Program-made: the position numbers and the translations under genes
Part shown: one piece after another, positions 37,982 to 48,269 of the stretch
Numbering within the stretch: position 1 is the stretch's first letter
Layout of the letters: every line of letters begins with the position of its first letter
The notes under the pieces: model-generated
What the model was told of the DNA's origin: nothing
The model's database searches: none
Seen by the model: only the letters and a program-made list of their open reading frames with translations
Origin: an uncultured Acidobacteriota bacterium
GTDB taxonomy: Bacteria; Acidobacteriota; Vicinamibacteria; Vicinamibacterales; 2-12-FULL-66-21
Assembly (NCBI GenBank): GCA_963810305.1
Contig: CAWEMY010000011.1
Location: 200,912-264,911, forward strand
Length of the DNA: 64,000 bases
Direction of reading: 5' to 3'

Positions 37982-38093
37982 GGCGGTCTCCTTTCGAGTA
38001 ATGCCGGAAATACGCGGAGCGTGGTCATTTAGTCCTTGAACAGAGGTCCAAAAAAGCCCCAAAATTCCTCCCTCACGCTTTCCCGAACGCGTC

Positions 38094-40271
38094 ATGAGCG
38101 GCCAGGACCAGCGGGCCTACGAATTCGGCGCTTTTCATCTGGATGTCGCGGAGCACCGGCTCCTGCGTAACGACCAACCTGTTCCGCTCACGCCCAAGGT
38201 CTTCGAGCTTCTCAGGGTCCTCGTCGAGAACGCCGGACATCTGGTCGACAAAGAACGCCTGCTGAAGGAGCTGTGGCCGGGAACGTTCGTCGAGGAAGCC
38301 AACCTCAATCGCGGCGTCTCGGTCCTCAGGAAGGCTCTCGGCGAGACGTCCGCGGAGCGCTACATCGAGACCGTCCCAAGGCGCGGATATCGATTCGTGG
38401 CCACCGTCCGCGTGCCGGAACCTGGGATTCGATCTCGCGCCGGAGTCTGGGGGCTTGCAGCCGCCGTGGCCCTGGTGGTGGCCCTCGGCGCGATCGTCAG
38501 GTACACCGTGGCGCGTTCCGTCGAGCCCAACGGCCGCGTCACCAGAGTCGCTTCAATTCACCGGCAGCTCACGTTCACCGGCAAGGAGCTCACCCCGACT
38601 CTGTCACCGGACGGCCGTCGCATCGCCTACGTGTCGCACGGTTCGCCCCACCGGCGGGTGATGATCCGAGAGATTTCGACCGGAGAGCCCGTCGAAATCT
38701 TCAGTGCGCCCGAAACCGGAGGGCTGCGCTGGTCGCCCGACAGCACCGATCTGATCTTCTGGGCGGGTGGAGCCGGAACTGACGGCGTGTACGTCGCAAC
38801 ACCCTCGAGTGGAGGGGCACGTCGAGTCGCTGCGAAAGGAGCATCGACTGCCTGCTGGTCGCCCGACGGTTCCACGATCGTTCTCGCGTTCTTCGTTTCC
38901 CGCCAGCTGCTGTTTGTCGACAAGGCGGGGGAGGTACGGCAGACAGTCGCGCTGCGGGACATTCACGACTGGATATGGGACCTGGATTGGTCATCGGCCA
39001 ACGGACGTCTTCTGTTTGTCGCGGATGACGATCAGCGGCGCTCGACCGTCTGGACGATACGGCCGGACGGAACCGATCAGACCCGTGTGTTGACCGCGAC
39101 GACCGAGATTCTCGGGGCTCGGTGGGCGCGCGGAGGAGAGGCGTTCTACTATTTCGGCCGAGTCAACCAGACGGTCTCTCTCTACAAGGTTGTCGTCGGC
39201 CCGGAGCACCGAACGGCAGGCGTACCGATTCTGCTGGTGAGCGGCCTCGAAACCGATCAGACGTTCGGGCTCTCCGCGGATGGAACCCGTCTCGTCTACG
39301 CGCGCGCCCCGTATTACTCGAACTTGTATCTCGTCGAGCCAGTTGCTGCGAAAGGTCATGAGCAGATACGACGAACGCAACTGACTCACGGCACCGCCGT
39401 GGTTGAGAGGCCGCGCGTCTCACCTGATGGAGAATCCATCCTTTTCAGCATGGGGTACGAATCGCGGGCCGACCTTTACACCATGCCGGCGGCCGGCGGG
39501 AGACCGATACAGCTCACCTCCCTGAACGCCTTCAGCATCGGCGGCGTCTGGTCCCGCGACGGGCGCTCGGTGGCGTTCGCCTCCACTGAGGGAGGCAAGG
39601 CGCGCGTCTGGGTGGTGAACGCGGATGGAAGTTCCGCGCGCCCCCTGCCGACCCACGACCTGAGTGAGAGTTTCGAGCTGTCGTGGGCGCCCGGGGAGCG
39701 CCTCCTTTATCAGCAGGCAGGAAACCGGAACTACTACCAGGTCGACGCGCAAAGCGCAATGCAACGGCTGTTGGTCAAGGACAGTTCGGTTGGCTGGATC
39801 GGATCACCCGCGTATTCGCCGGACGGAAAGAGAGTTGCTGTCTCGTGGAATCGCCGGTCCGGTCGTGGGGTCTGGCTCGTCGACGCTGACGACTCCCGCG
39901 AGACGCTGATCCGCCCGGCCTCCGGTCCATCCGATTCCGTGCCGTTCCCGATTGGCTGGTCTGTCGACGCCTCATCCATCTACGCGCTCGACGGACAGAC
40001 AGGGGCGTACCGTGGTCTCTCGGTTCCATTCGAGTTGACGACAAGGGAGGCGAGGATTCTAAAAGTGCCGGTCAGTGGCGGGCCGCCCACAACGGTGATG
40101 TGGTTGCCCTTCGAAGAAATCGGCACCGTGGCGATGTTCCCCGACGGGCGGAGGTTCGTCTGTACGGTCTATACCTCACGATCGGACATCTGGGTCGTCG
40201 AGGACTTCGACGTTTCAGCCGAACCGACAGTCGATGCGCGGCGCCCGAGCGCATCGAAGCGCGGACTCTGA
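38094..40271 (+). CDS. CadC/OmpR-type winged-helix regulator fused to a TM segment and a TolB-like beta-propeller
   Basis: N-terminus YEFGAFHLDVAEHRLL...LTPKVFELLRVLVEN...VPRRGYRF, one TM helix, then repeated SPDG/WSPDG propeller blades. Confidence 0.85.
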   Translation: MSGQDQRAYEFGAFHLDVAEHRLLRNDQPVPLTPKVFELLRVLVENAGHLVDKERLLKELWPGTFVEEANLNRGVSVLRKALGETSAERYIETVPRRGYRFVATVRVPEPGIRSRAGVWGLAAAVALVVALGAIVRYTVARSVEPNGRVTRVASIHRQLTFTGKELTPTLSPDGRRIAYVSHGSPHRRVMIREISTGEPVEIFSAPETGGLRWSPDSTDLIFWAGGAGTDGVYVATPSSGGARRVAAKGASTACWSPDGSTIVLAFFVSRQLLFVDKAGEVRQTVALRDIHDWIWDLDWSSANGRLLFVADDDQRRSTVWTIRPDGTDQTRVLTATTEILGARWARGGEAFYYFGRVNQTVSLYKVVVGPEHRTAGVPILLVSGLETDQTFGLSADGTRLVYARAPYYSNLYLVEPVAAKGHEQIRRTQLTHGTAVVERPRVSPDGESILFSMGYESRADLYTMPAAGGRPIQLTSLNAFSIGGVWSRDGRSVAFASTEGGKARVWVVNADGSSARPLPTHDLSESFELSWAPGERLLYQQAGNRNYYQVDAQSAMQRLLVKDSSVGWIGSPAYSPDGKRVAVSWNRRSGRGVWLVDADDSRETLIRPASGPSDSVPFPIGWSVDASSIYALDGQTGAYRGLSVPFELTTREARILKVPVSGGPPTTVMWLPFEEIGTVAMFPDGRRFVCTVYTSRSDIWVVEDFDVSAEPTVDARRPSASKRGL

Positions 40272-42937
40272 TCAATTCTTCAAGGCCTCGAGCGGACTGA
40301 TGCGCGTCGCGCGCCGGGCGGGCAACCAGCACGCCAGCAACGCCGACGCTGTAATTGCCGGCACCGCGATCAGGTAGCTGACCGGGTCCCCAGGGGTCAC
40401 TCCGAACAGCTGCGTTTTCATGAACGTCGCCGCCATTGCGCTGCCAGCAAGACCGAGGACCGATCCGACCAACGCCAGGGATGCACCTTCGCGCATGACA
40501 AGTCGTCGCAGCTCAGCCCGGCGCGCGCCGAGGGCGACGCGGACGCCGAATTCATGTCTTCGCAGCGCGACCGCGTAAGACGTCACGCCATAGACGCCGA
40601 CGCACGCAAGCAGAAGCGCAATTGCCGCGAAGCTTGCGGCGAGCAGCGCCGTGAAGCGCCTGGTGGCCCTCGCATTGGCGACGTATGCATCGAGCGGACG
40701 CGCGTCCGCCACGGGTAGCAGCGGATCGATCGAGCGGACCGCCGCCCGGACTGCGGCCACAGCCACTGACGGATCTCCCGAGGTCCGAACGACATAGGCC
40801 ATCGGATTGCGGAACGCCTGCGGCCATGGATAGTAGATCTGCTCGTTGGTTTCCTCGGTCGGGCGTCGGTGCCGGACATGCTTGATGACGCCGACCACTT
40901 TCACCATGGTGTCGGGCGAGCCGGACGTCGAGGGATCGGCCAGCATGCGCTTGCCAAGCGCCGACTGGCCTGGCCACGTGCGTTCGGCCAGGCGCTGGTC
41001 GACGATCGCTACCGCCTCGGACTTCGCCGTATCCGACTCGGTGAAGTATCTCCCCTCGAGCAGCGTCGCGCCGATCGTCTCGAAATACCCGGGCATGACC
41101 GATCGGGTGTCGGCCACGCGCGCGGACGCGACGTCGGTCTTCCCTTCCGGCAGATAGGGACCGCCCCAGTTCGGGAGCTGGTCGTAGGGGAGGTGACTGA
41201 TCGCACCGGTCCCTGTCACTCCCGGCATCGCGGCGAGTTTTTCACGCAGCACCCGCGCAAAGTTGACGGCCGCGTCACCCGACTGATAGCGCGGCCCGGC
41301 GAGTGAGATCCGGAACGTCAGCACGTGGTCCGCATCGAACCCCGCATCGACTTGTTGCAGGCGGGCGAACCCTCGCACGAGCAGACCGGCGCCGACGAGC
41401 AGGACAATGCCGAGCGCGATCTGCGCAACGACGAGCGCGGCGCGGGTACGGGTACTGGATGTTGACACCGCCTCGACGCTCCCCTCGCTGAAGCGCCACC
41501 GCCAGGTCGGTTCGAAGTAATTCAGCCAGCGGTGCAAGAGAGAACAGCACGCCCCAGGTGAGCGCCACTGCGGTGGCAAACCCGAGCACCTTCCAGTCGA
41601 TGACCGCAACGTCGATCCGGACGAGCGCGGCGGGCCGAACGGCGAGTAGAGCAGCGAGGCTGGTTTGCGCCACGACGACGGCCGCCAGCCCGCCCAGACT
41701 CGCGAGCACCAGCCCCTCGGCGAGGCACTGGCCGAAGAGCCGGCCGCGGCTTGCGCCAAGTGCCATGCGCATCGCGGTCTCGTGCGACCGCGACGCCGCT
41801 CTGGTCACCAGCAATCCGGCGACGTTCACGCATGCGATCAGCAGCAGGAGACCCACGCCGCCGAAGAGGGCCAGCAATGCCGGACGGACTTCCCTGACGC
41901 CATCGTCCTGCAGGCCGACGGCATAGAAAGTCGCACCGCTGCTCCCGTACTCCTTGAACTCACGCCCGAGTTGTTTCGCGATACCAGCCACTTCACTCTG
42001 CGCGGCGTCGAGTGACACCTCCGGCTTCATGCGGCCAACAACCCTGAGGAACTGCTGGCTGCGCGGCCACTGGGTGAAACGGGCGTTCAGAAGCTGCCAC
42101 GCCTGCAGATCATCCGGCACGCTCGCATCCGGCGGCAACAGCAACCGGAACGTCCGCGGCATTACCCCGACGACCGTGGTCGGGCGTCCATTCAACTGGA
42201 TGCGACGGCCGACAACCGACGCGTCCGCTCCGAACCTGCGCTCGAAGAGTGACCATCCGAGAATGACTCCCGGCGATGCCGATTGCGCCTCGTCGCCTCC
42301 GGTCGAACGTGCGTCCCAGGGCGGCCTCAGCCCCGAGCACGCTGAAAAAGTTGGCGGTGACGAGCCCGATCCGCAGCTGCTCAGGGTCCCCCTCGCCGGT
42401 CAATGCGGTGGTGTTTGCCCAGATCCCGCCAAACGATTCGAATAACTGCGCGCGCTCTCGCAGATCGACGAGCTCCGGCCCGGCGAGCGGGGCGCGCGGG
42501 TAGCCGGCCTCGGTCAGGTCCTGCCAGATGAACACGAGGCGGTCAGCGTTCCGGTACGGCAGCGGTTCGAGGAGAAGGGCATTGACCAGGCTGAAGATCG
42601 CGGCAGTGCTGCCGATCCCAAGTGCCAGGGTGAGCGTGGAGACGATGGCGAAGCCGGGCGCCTTCCACAACTGCCTCCAGGCGAAGCGGATGTCGCGCAG
42701 CGTGCAGTCGGCTGCGACACCGATGCGCGCCGCCCGCACGCGCTCTTTCACCTGCTCCACGCCGCCGATCTCGATCAGGGCCGCGCGCCGGGCGGCGTCC
42801 GGCGCAAGACCGCGCGCCTGGTGACGTGACGTCAGCTCCTCGACGACGAAGCGCATCTCGTCGTCGAGATCGCCATCGAGCTGCGACGGTCGCCGCAGGG
42901 TCGACCACAGGCTTGTAATGCGTCGTCGGAGGGGCAC
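40272..42937 (-). pseudogene. ADOP-type (MacB-like, duplicated FtsX) permease with frameshifts near 42305 and 41460
   Basis: Three consecutive ORFs (275, 306 and 495 aa) together give a complete N-terminal helix / MacB periplasmic domain / FtsX, then a second copy. The join sequences are LGRTF|[17 protein letters not shown] and [10 protein letters not shown]|...[14 protein letters not shown]. Confidence 0.8.
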
Positions 42938-42943
42938 CGATTT

Positions 42944-43276
42944 CTACTCCGCCTCGAGCACCGAGCCGATGGCCCCGGCGATCCGTGCCCAGTTCCGTTT
43001 CTCAACCCCGAGCTGCCGACGCCCCGCCGCGGTGAGGCGATAGAGCTTTGCCCGGCGTCCTTCCGCGGTCGTGCCCCATTCCCCCTCGAGAAAGCCCTCC
43101 TGCTCGAGGCGGTGCAGCGCCGGGAAGAGCGATCCCGCTTTGACCGCGAAAGTTCCGCGGGTGATCTGCGCGATGCGATCCGCCACCGCGACACCATGAC
43201 GGGGCTCGAGATCCAGGGTCTTGAGGATAAGGAGGTCGAGCGTACCTTTGAGAAGCTCGGTCTGCTGATTGGCCAT
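42944..43276 (-). CDS. PadR-family transcriptional regulator
   Basis: LKGTLDLLILKTL...HGVAV...GSLFPALHRLEQEGFL. It lies directly upstream of the ADOP permease, which is the usual pairing. Confidence 0.9.
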   Translation of the reverse strand: MANQQTELLKGTLDLLILKTLDLEPRHGVAVADRIAQITRGTFAVKAGSLFPALHRLEQEGFLEGEWGTTAEGRRAKLYRLTAAGRRQLGVEKRNWARIAGAIGSVLEAE

Positions 43277-43282
43277 ATCGTT

Positions 43283-44188
43283 CTAGCGCTCCGGGGCAAG
43301 CTGCCAGCCGGTGTTCAACCACTTGCCGCCTCGTCGCACGAACACCTCCGTCGCCTTGCCCCGCTCGGTCCGCACACTGCCGCCCTGCTCGATATCGAGC
43401 TCGTAGGTCGTATAAATGATGACTGTGTAGCCGTAGGCCTGGAACTCCGTGCGCGGGAACGCCAGCCGCGTCAACTTGCCGCCGCCTTTGGCGAAGCGCT
43501 CGGCGCCGGACACGATGGAATCGTAGCTACCGAAACCGTCGCTGCCGGAATGCATGGTGATCAGCTCGGGCGGCAGCAGCACCGACAGCGCCTTGGTATC
43601 CCCGCTGTAGTACGCACGCCACACCGCTTCGCGCGCCGCGAGGATCGGCTTCTTCTGTGCGTCCGTGAGTGGCTCGAACGTGCTCATTCGAGCATCCTGA
43701 TAGTCGGGATGGAGCGACGTCTGCGACGCGACCTGGATCCAGTTGCCGTCTTCCCTGGCGTAGATGTCCATGAGCGTCAGCTTCGACGTCCGCGGACGCG
43801 TGCCCTGCATGTGGTGGACGTCGGCGACGAAATTGACGACGCCGACGTCGCCGTAGAAGACCGTGTCGTATTCCTGGATCTTGTAGCCGACCATACCCTG
43901 GCCCTTCGGCTCCATGCCTTCGCTGCCGACGTTCGCCTTCATGTAGCCGTCGCGTCCCTTGACGACGGTCCGAGAGGACGTCAGGTAGCCGCGCCAGTCG
44001 CGGCCGTGCGTCGCCGCCAGCTTCGCGGCGTCCTTGTCAATGAATGCGGCGAAGATGCTTTCGATGTGCGCACGAATGGCGGCGGCGTCGGCCTCACGCC
44101 CGGACGTCTGCGCGGCTTGCGCCCACACCGCGACCGACCCAGCGACACCCACCATGCCGACGAGCAACATCCGTAGCCTGGCGTTCAT
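43283..44188 (-). CDS. Secreted protein with tandem NTF2-like (SnoaL/DUF4440-type) domains
   Basis: Signal peptide, then two repeats of the pattern AIRAHIESIFAAFIDKDAAKL... / REAVWRAYYSGDTKAL.... Confidence 0.7.
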   Translation of the reverse strand: MNARLRMLLVGMVGVAGSVAVWAQAAQTSGREADAAAIRAHIESIFAAFIDKDAAKLAATHGRDWRGYLTSSRTVVKGRDGYMKANVGSEGMEPKGQGMVGYKIQEYDTVFYGDVGVVNFVADVHHMQGTRPRTSKLTLMDIYAREDGNWIQVASQTSLHPDYQDARMSTFEPLTDAQKKPILAAREAVWRAYYSGDTKALSVLLPPELITMHSGSDGFGSYDSIVSGAERFAKGGGKLTRLAFPRTEFQAYGYTVIIYTTYELDIEQGGSVRTERGKATEVFVRRGGKWLNTGWQLAPER

Positions 44189-44363
44189 CGTCCACCTCCT
44201 GTCGAGCGATGGTCAGATATAGAACATCAATATCGAACGTCGAGGAGCATACACAGGAGTGGCGTTTCGTGCAAGCGATCCGGTCGTTCCGGTGCGGCTG
44301 TGTTACGCTGCCGGCTTCGTCAGCGGTTCCGCTTGAACACTTTGGACTGACAAGGATCGAGAG

Positions 44364-45881
44364 ATGATCGACCGACGCGAGTTCCTGCAGACGACCCTCG
44401 CTGGTGCGGCGGCGTTTGCCGTTGTCGACCGGGCGGATGGGGCGCAGGCTGGCGACGCGGATCGCGCCGCGGTTGTCGGACAGATTGCCCCGCGCCACGC
44501 CGCAACCCTGAAGATGTTGCAGGACTGGATCGCCCTGCCGTCTATCGCCGCCGAAAACCTGAATTACCCGCAGGGCGCGGAGCACATGGCGCGGCTGGCG
44601 CGTGACGCCGGGTTCGAGCGCGTCGAGGTCATCCCGACAAAGGGCAAGCCGGGGGTGTTCGCCACGCTGGATGCCGGCGCGGATTCGACGCTGGGCGTCT
44701 ACTTCATGTACGACGTGAAGCAGTTCGATCCGAGCGAGTGGTCGTCGCCGCCGCTCGAGGGGCGGCTGGTCGATCGGCCCGGCGTTGGCACCGTCATTGT
44801 CGGACGTGGTGCGACCAACACCAAGGGACCTCAGATTGCCTTCCTCGCCGCGCTGCATGCGTTCAAGGCAGCGGGCAAGAAGCTCCCCGTGAACCTCGTC
44901 CTCGTGTGCGAGGGGGAGGAGGAGATCGGATCGCCGAACTTCTCGGAGATCGTCTTCAAGCCTGAGGTCGAGGCCGCACTGAAGAAATGCGCGGGCGTGA
45001 TCATCCCGCTCGGCAACCAGAGTCTCGGCGGCGCCGTCGAAATCAACCTCGGGGCGAAGGGGATCGTGGAGCTCGAACTGGTGTCGAGCGGGGCGAAGTG
45101 GGGCCGTGGCCCGACCTCCGACGTGCACTCCAGTCTCGCCGCGCACATCGACTCGCCGGTGTGGCGTCTCGTGCAGGCGCTGCACACGCTCGTCAAAGCC
45201 GATGGGCACACGCCCGCGGTGGAGGGCTTCTTCGACAAGGTGCGGCCACTGTCTCCAGAGCTCAAGCGGATCCTGGACGAAGCGATTCCAAAACGCAACG
45301 AGGCGGGGGCGAAGAAGGTGCTCGGCGTCCAGCGGTGGATCGCGGACGAGCCCTGGGAGGTGTCGCTCCGCCGGCTCGTGACGCAGCCGACGATCAACAT
45401 CGAGGGGTTGGTGGCGGGTTACACGGGTCCGGGCGGCAAGACGATCCTGCCGCATCGCGGTGTAGCCAAGATCGACATGCGGCTGGTGCCCGACATGACC
45501 GCCGCCGGTACCCTGGAGCTCCTCAAGCGGCACCTCGCGAAGCACGGATTCGACGACATCGAAGTGAACATGAGCGGCGGCTACGACCCGACGGAGACCG
45601 CGCCGGATTCGCGTCTGATTCGCGCGCAGCAGGCGGCGTATCGCAAGGCTGGTATCGAGCCGGGGCTGTGGCCGAGGCTCGCCGGGTCGTGGCCCGGCGT
45701 TACGTTCACCGGGCCGCCGCTCCGTTTGGCCGCCGGCCAGTTCGGGCTCGGCACCGGCGGCGGTGCACACGCGCCGGACGAGTTCTTCCTGATCGACTCC
45801 ACGAATCCGAAGGTTGCCGGCCTCGACGGCGCGACCGCGTCGTACGTGGACCTCTTCTACGCGCTCGCGCAGGTCCGGTGA
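44364..45881 (+). CDS. M20-family peptidase with a Tat-type signal
   Basis: MIDRREFLQTTLAGAAAFA (twin-Arg), GRGATNTKG, VCEGEEEIGSP and a C-terminal GGGAHAPDE. Confidence 0.85.
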   Translation: MIDRREFLQTTLAGAAAFAVVDRADGAQAGDADRAAVVGQIAPRHAATLKMLQDWIALPSIAAENLNYPQGAEHMARLARDAGFERVEVIPTKGKPGVFATLDAGADSTLGVYFMYDVKQFDPSEWSSPPLEGRLVDRPGVGTVIVGRGATNTKGPQIAFLAALHAFKAAGKKLPVNLVLVCEGEEEIGSPNFSEIVFKPEVEAALKKCAGVIIPLGNQSLGGAVEINLGAKGIVELELVSSGAKWGRGPTSDVHSSLAAHIDSPVWRLVQALHTLVKADGHTPAVEGFFDKVRPLSPELKRILDEAIPKRNEAGAKKVLGVQRWIADEPWEVSLRRLVTQPTINIEGLVAGYTGPGGKTILPHRGVAKIDMRLVPDMTAAGTLELLKRHLAKHGFDDIEVNMSGGYDPTETAPDSRLIRAQQAAYRKAGIEPGLWPRLAGSWPGVTFTGPPLRLAAGQFGLGTGGGAHAPDEFFLIDSTNPKVAGLDGATASYVDLFYALAQVR

Positions 45882-45885
45882 GGGT

Positions 45886-46462
45886 ATGCGACCGCTCGCG
45901 CTTCTAATGCTTCTCGCGTCGCCGCTGCTGGCGGTCGGGCAGCGCGGCAACGTCCTCCGATCGATCGTTTCAACCAGCCGGGTACGTATGCGCTGACACA
46001 CGTGTCGGTCATCGATGGAACCGGCGCTCCCATCAGACGGGATCAGACAGTGGTCGTCGACCGCGGGCGGATCACGTTCGTCGGTGACGCCGCCGGCGCA
46101 CCGATTCCCGTGTCCGCTGAGGTGTTGGACCTTACTGGCCGGACTGTTTTCCCCGCTTCTCGGACATCGGCAGCCTGAAACTGCTGTACACCAATTACGG
46201 CTTGGATCCGGTTGTCGCGATCAGGACCGCCACGCACGAAGGTGCGAGGTTCCTCCGTATCGACGAGCGAACCGGGACCATCGCCATGCACAAAGAAGCA
46301 GATCTGGTCGTGGTCACGGGCGATCCGTCGACGCGCATGCGTGATGTCGAGAACATTGAGCTCGTGTTTTCGAACGGGGTCAGATTCGACCCGGCGAAGC
46401 TACTCGAGGCGAATCGGGGCCTGTACAAGTTCGCGGCCCACGAGCATGCGTTGCGGCGTTAA
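45886..46462 (+). pseudogene. Amidohydrolase-family remnant: signal peptide, N-terminal beta-sandwich piece and C-terminal piece only. The catalytic core is missing.
   Basis: MRPLALLMLLASPLLA is in one frame. LTHVSVIDGTGAPI...VLDLTGRTVFP is in a second frame. LDPVVAIRTATHEGARFL...EADLVVVTGDPS...VFSNG is in a third. There is no HxH region in between. About 580 nt are present where roughly 1.3 kb would be expected. Confidence 0.7.
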
Positions 46463-46553
46463 CCGGCCGCGTCGGCGTTAGCCTCGATTCAGGCCGCCGC
46501 GGCGCGGGGGTTATCGGTTGTGCCTGCCGTCGGTTAGAATCGGCGACAGCCCG

Positions 46554-46751
46554 ATGCCCGCTCAACTGAAGCGCGCCGTTCAACTGACCTCCTTCGACGA
46601 AGAGGAACGAACACGGCCGCGGCTGCGGTACTGGTTGTCGCGGCCCCCTCGGGAACGGGTTGCGGCGGTCGAGTTTCTGCGGAGGCAGGTCAATGGATCT
46701 GGCGCCCGACTTCGACGAGTTCATCGAGTGCTTGAATGTCCATGGGGTTGA
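46554..46751 (+). CDS. Small conserved hypothetical protein (often found next to nucleotidyltransferase-fold genes)
   Basis: SFDEEERTRPRLRYWLSRPPRERVAAVEFLRR...RLRRVHRVLE. Overlaps the next gene by 59 nt in another frame. Confidence 0.5.
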   Translation: MPAQLKRAVQLTSFDEEERTRPRLRYWLSRPPRERVAAVEFLRRQVNGSGARLRRVHRVLECPWG

Positions 46752-47145
46752 GTTCGTCATCGTCGGCGCGTACGCCCTCGCTTTCCACGGCGCGCCCCGG
46801 TTCACCGGTGACCTCGACGTCCTGATCCGCCCCACCCTGACCAACGCCGGACGGCTGTTGAAAGCCTTGGACGCGTTCGGCTTCGCGGTTGCGCCGTTGA
46901 CTCCCGAGAAGATCGCCGATCCCCGCCGCATGCTGCAGATGGGTGTGCCTCCAGTGCAGATTCACGTCATGAGCACGATCAGCGGCGTCAACTGGGACGA
47001 GGTCTGGGCCGATCGTCTCGAAGGCCCTCTCGGGCGGCATCGCGTTGCGTTTCTCGGCCGCGATACCTTCCTGCGGAACAAGCGCGCTGCCGCCAGACCA
47101 AAAGACCTCGCCGATATCGACGCGCTGCAGTCCGGGAGCGACTGA
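46693..47145 (+). CDS. Nucleotidyltransferase-fold protein (MNT/AbiEii-like minimal NTase)
   Basis: The ATG sits behind GGAGG. FVIVGAYALAFHGAPRFTGDLDVLI (the G-x-G...D-x-D NTase core). Confidence 0.65.
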   Translation: MDLAPDFDEFIECLNVHGVEFVIVGAYALAFHGAPRFTGDLDVLIRPTLTNAGRLLKALDAFGFAVAPLTPEKIADPRRMLQMGVPPVQIHVMSTISGVNWDEVWADRLEGPLGRHRVAFLGRDTFLRNKRAAARPKDLADIDALQSGSD

Positions 47146-47603
47146 CGGGGATCGATCGTCTCCGGCGTCAGGAGGCCTTGCACGCCATTCCCACGCCGAT
47201 GGAGGAGGCGTCGGAGGAAGCGACTCCCCGGGAATCGGGTATCCGGGGGATACCAGTTGCCGTCGCCGCACGTCCAGTCGGGCCCCGGTTGTATCGTCGG
47301 GCGCGACGCTGGCAGAGCGCACGCATCCCCGGAGGGAGCCAGCCCTCATTGCAGCACGTGCCGCCGCCTAGCGCGACGAACGGATCCCCCGTCGTGCAGC
47401 CTCGACCGATGAGGACGCTTCCTACTCTTGCCTGGTTCGGATACGACAGCGCAGTGGAGCCCGCATGTGGTATCCGGATGCCGCGTGGGACCGGCACTTC
47501 GATGACTTCCCATAATCGTTCGCGCGTTAGGAGACCCCTCGGCGTAACCGATCAAGGGGCAGCCCCGGTTGACGGGAGGTTTGGACCTAGCTAAGCTTAG
47601 TCC

Positions 47604-47843
47604 ATGAAACAGGTGAATCTGCATGCCGCCAAGACCACGCTCTCGCGACTTGTGGACGAGGCCGTCGCCGGCGAGGAGATCGTCATCGCCAAGGCCGGCA
47701 GGGCGCTGGTGCGCCTCGTGCCCGTCGGTCACGGGTCGCGCCGTGCCGGGTTCGGCGCCGACAAGGGCCGTATCCGCGTACGAAAGGACTTTGACGCGCC
47801 GCTGCCGGCGGCCGTGTTGCGGGCGTTCGGCGTCGAGCCGTGA
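47604..47843 (+). CDS. Phd/YefM-family type II antitoxin
   Basis: MKQVNLHAAKTTLSRLVDEAVAGEEIVIAKAGRALVRLVP. Overlaps the toxin start by 4 nt. Confidence 0.85.
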   Translation: MKQVNLHAAKTTLSRLVDEAVAGEEIVIAKAGRALVRLVPVGHGSRRAGFGADKGRIRVRKDFDAPLPAAVLRAFGVEP

Positions 47844-48235
47844 GGCTGTTGCTCGACACGCAGACCGTGCTGTGGTGGAGGGAGGGAAATCGCCGGCTCG
47901 GTCCACGCGCCCGCGCGGCGATCGAGCGCGAAGCCGCCGCCGTGCTCGTCAGCGCCGCCAGTGGCTGGGAGATCGCCATCAAGTCGCAGATCGGCCGACT
48001 TCGCCTGCGCGAGCCGGCTGACGTCTGGGTGCCCTCGGCGGTCGAGACCAGTGGCTTCGGGTCGCTCAGCGTCACGATGCGACACGCGGTCGCCGTCGCC
48101 AGCCTGCCCACCCATCACGCCGATCCGTTCGACCGCCTCCTCATTGTCCAGGCACAGCTCGAAGACCTCACGCTGGTCACGTCGGACGAGGCGTTCGAGG
48201 ACTACGACATCCGGCTCCTCGATGCCCGAAAATAA
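47840..48235 (+). CDS. vapC: VapC-type PIN-domain toxin
   Basis: LLLDTQTVLWW... with the acidic residues D5, E (GWEIAIK) and DPFDRLLIVQA. 131 aa. Confidence 0.85.
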   Translation: MRLLLDTQTVLWWREGNRRLGPRARAAIEREAAAVLVSAASGWEIAIKSQIGRLRLREPADVWVPSAVETSGFGSLSVTMRHAVAVASLPTHHADPFDRLLIVQAQLEDLTLVTSDEAFEDYDIRLLDARK

Positions 48236-48269
48236 ATGAGGACGGAGCGACCGGTGTAACCTGCCACCC

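Noticed and set aside
40269-40274. Convergent regulator and ADOP permease genes whose stop codons abut with zero spacer (tga|tca)
   Set aside because: Noted as compact packing only. There is no hairpin or other structure to interpret, and the permease is itself frame-disrupted.
44094-46001. 635-aa ORF on the minus strand
   Set aside because: It is antisense to the well-supported M20 peptidase gene (44364-45881). The translation is Arg/Gly/Pro-rich with no motifs. This is a typical shadow ORF in high-GC DNA.
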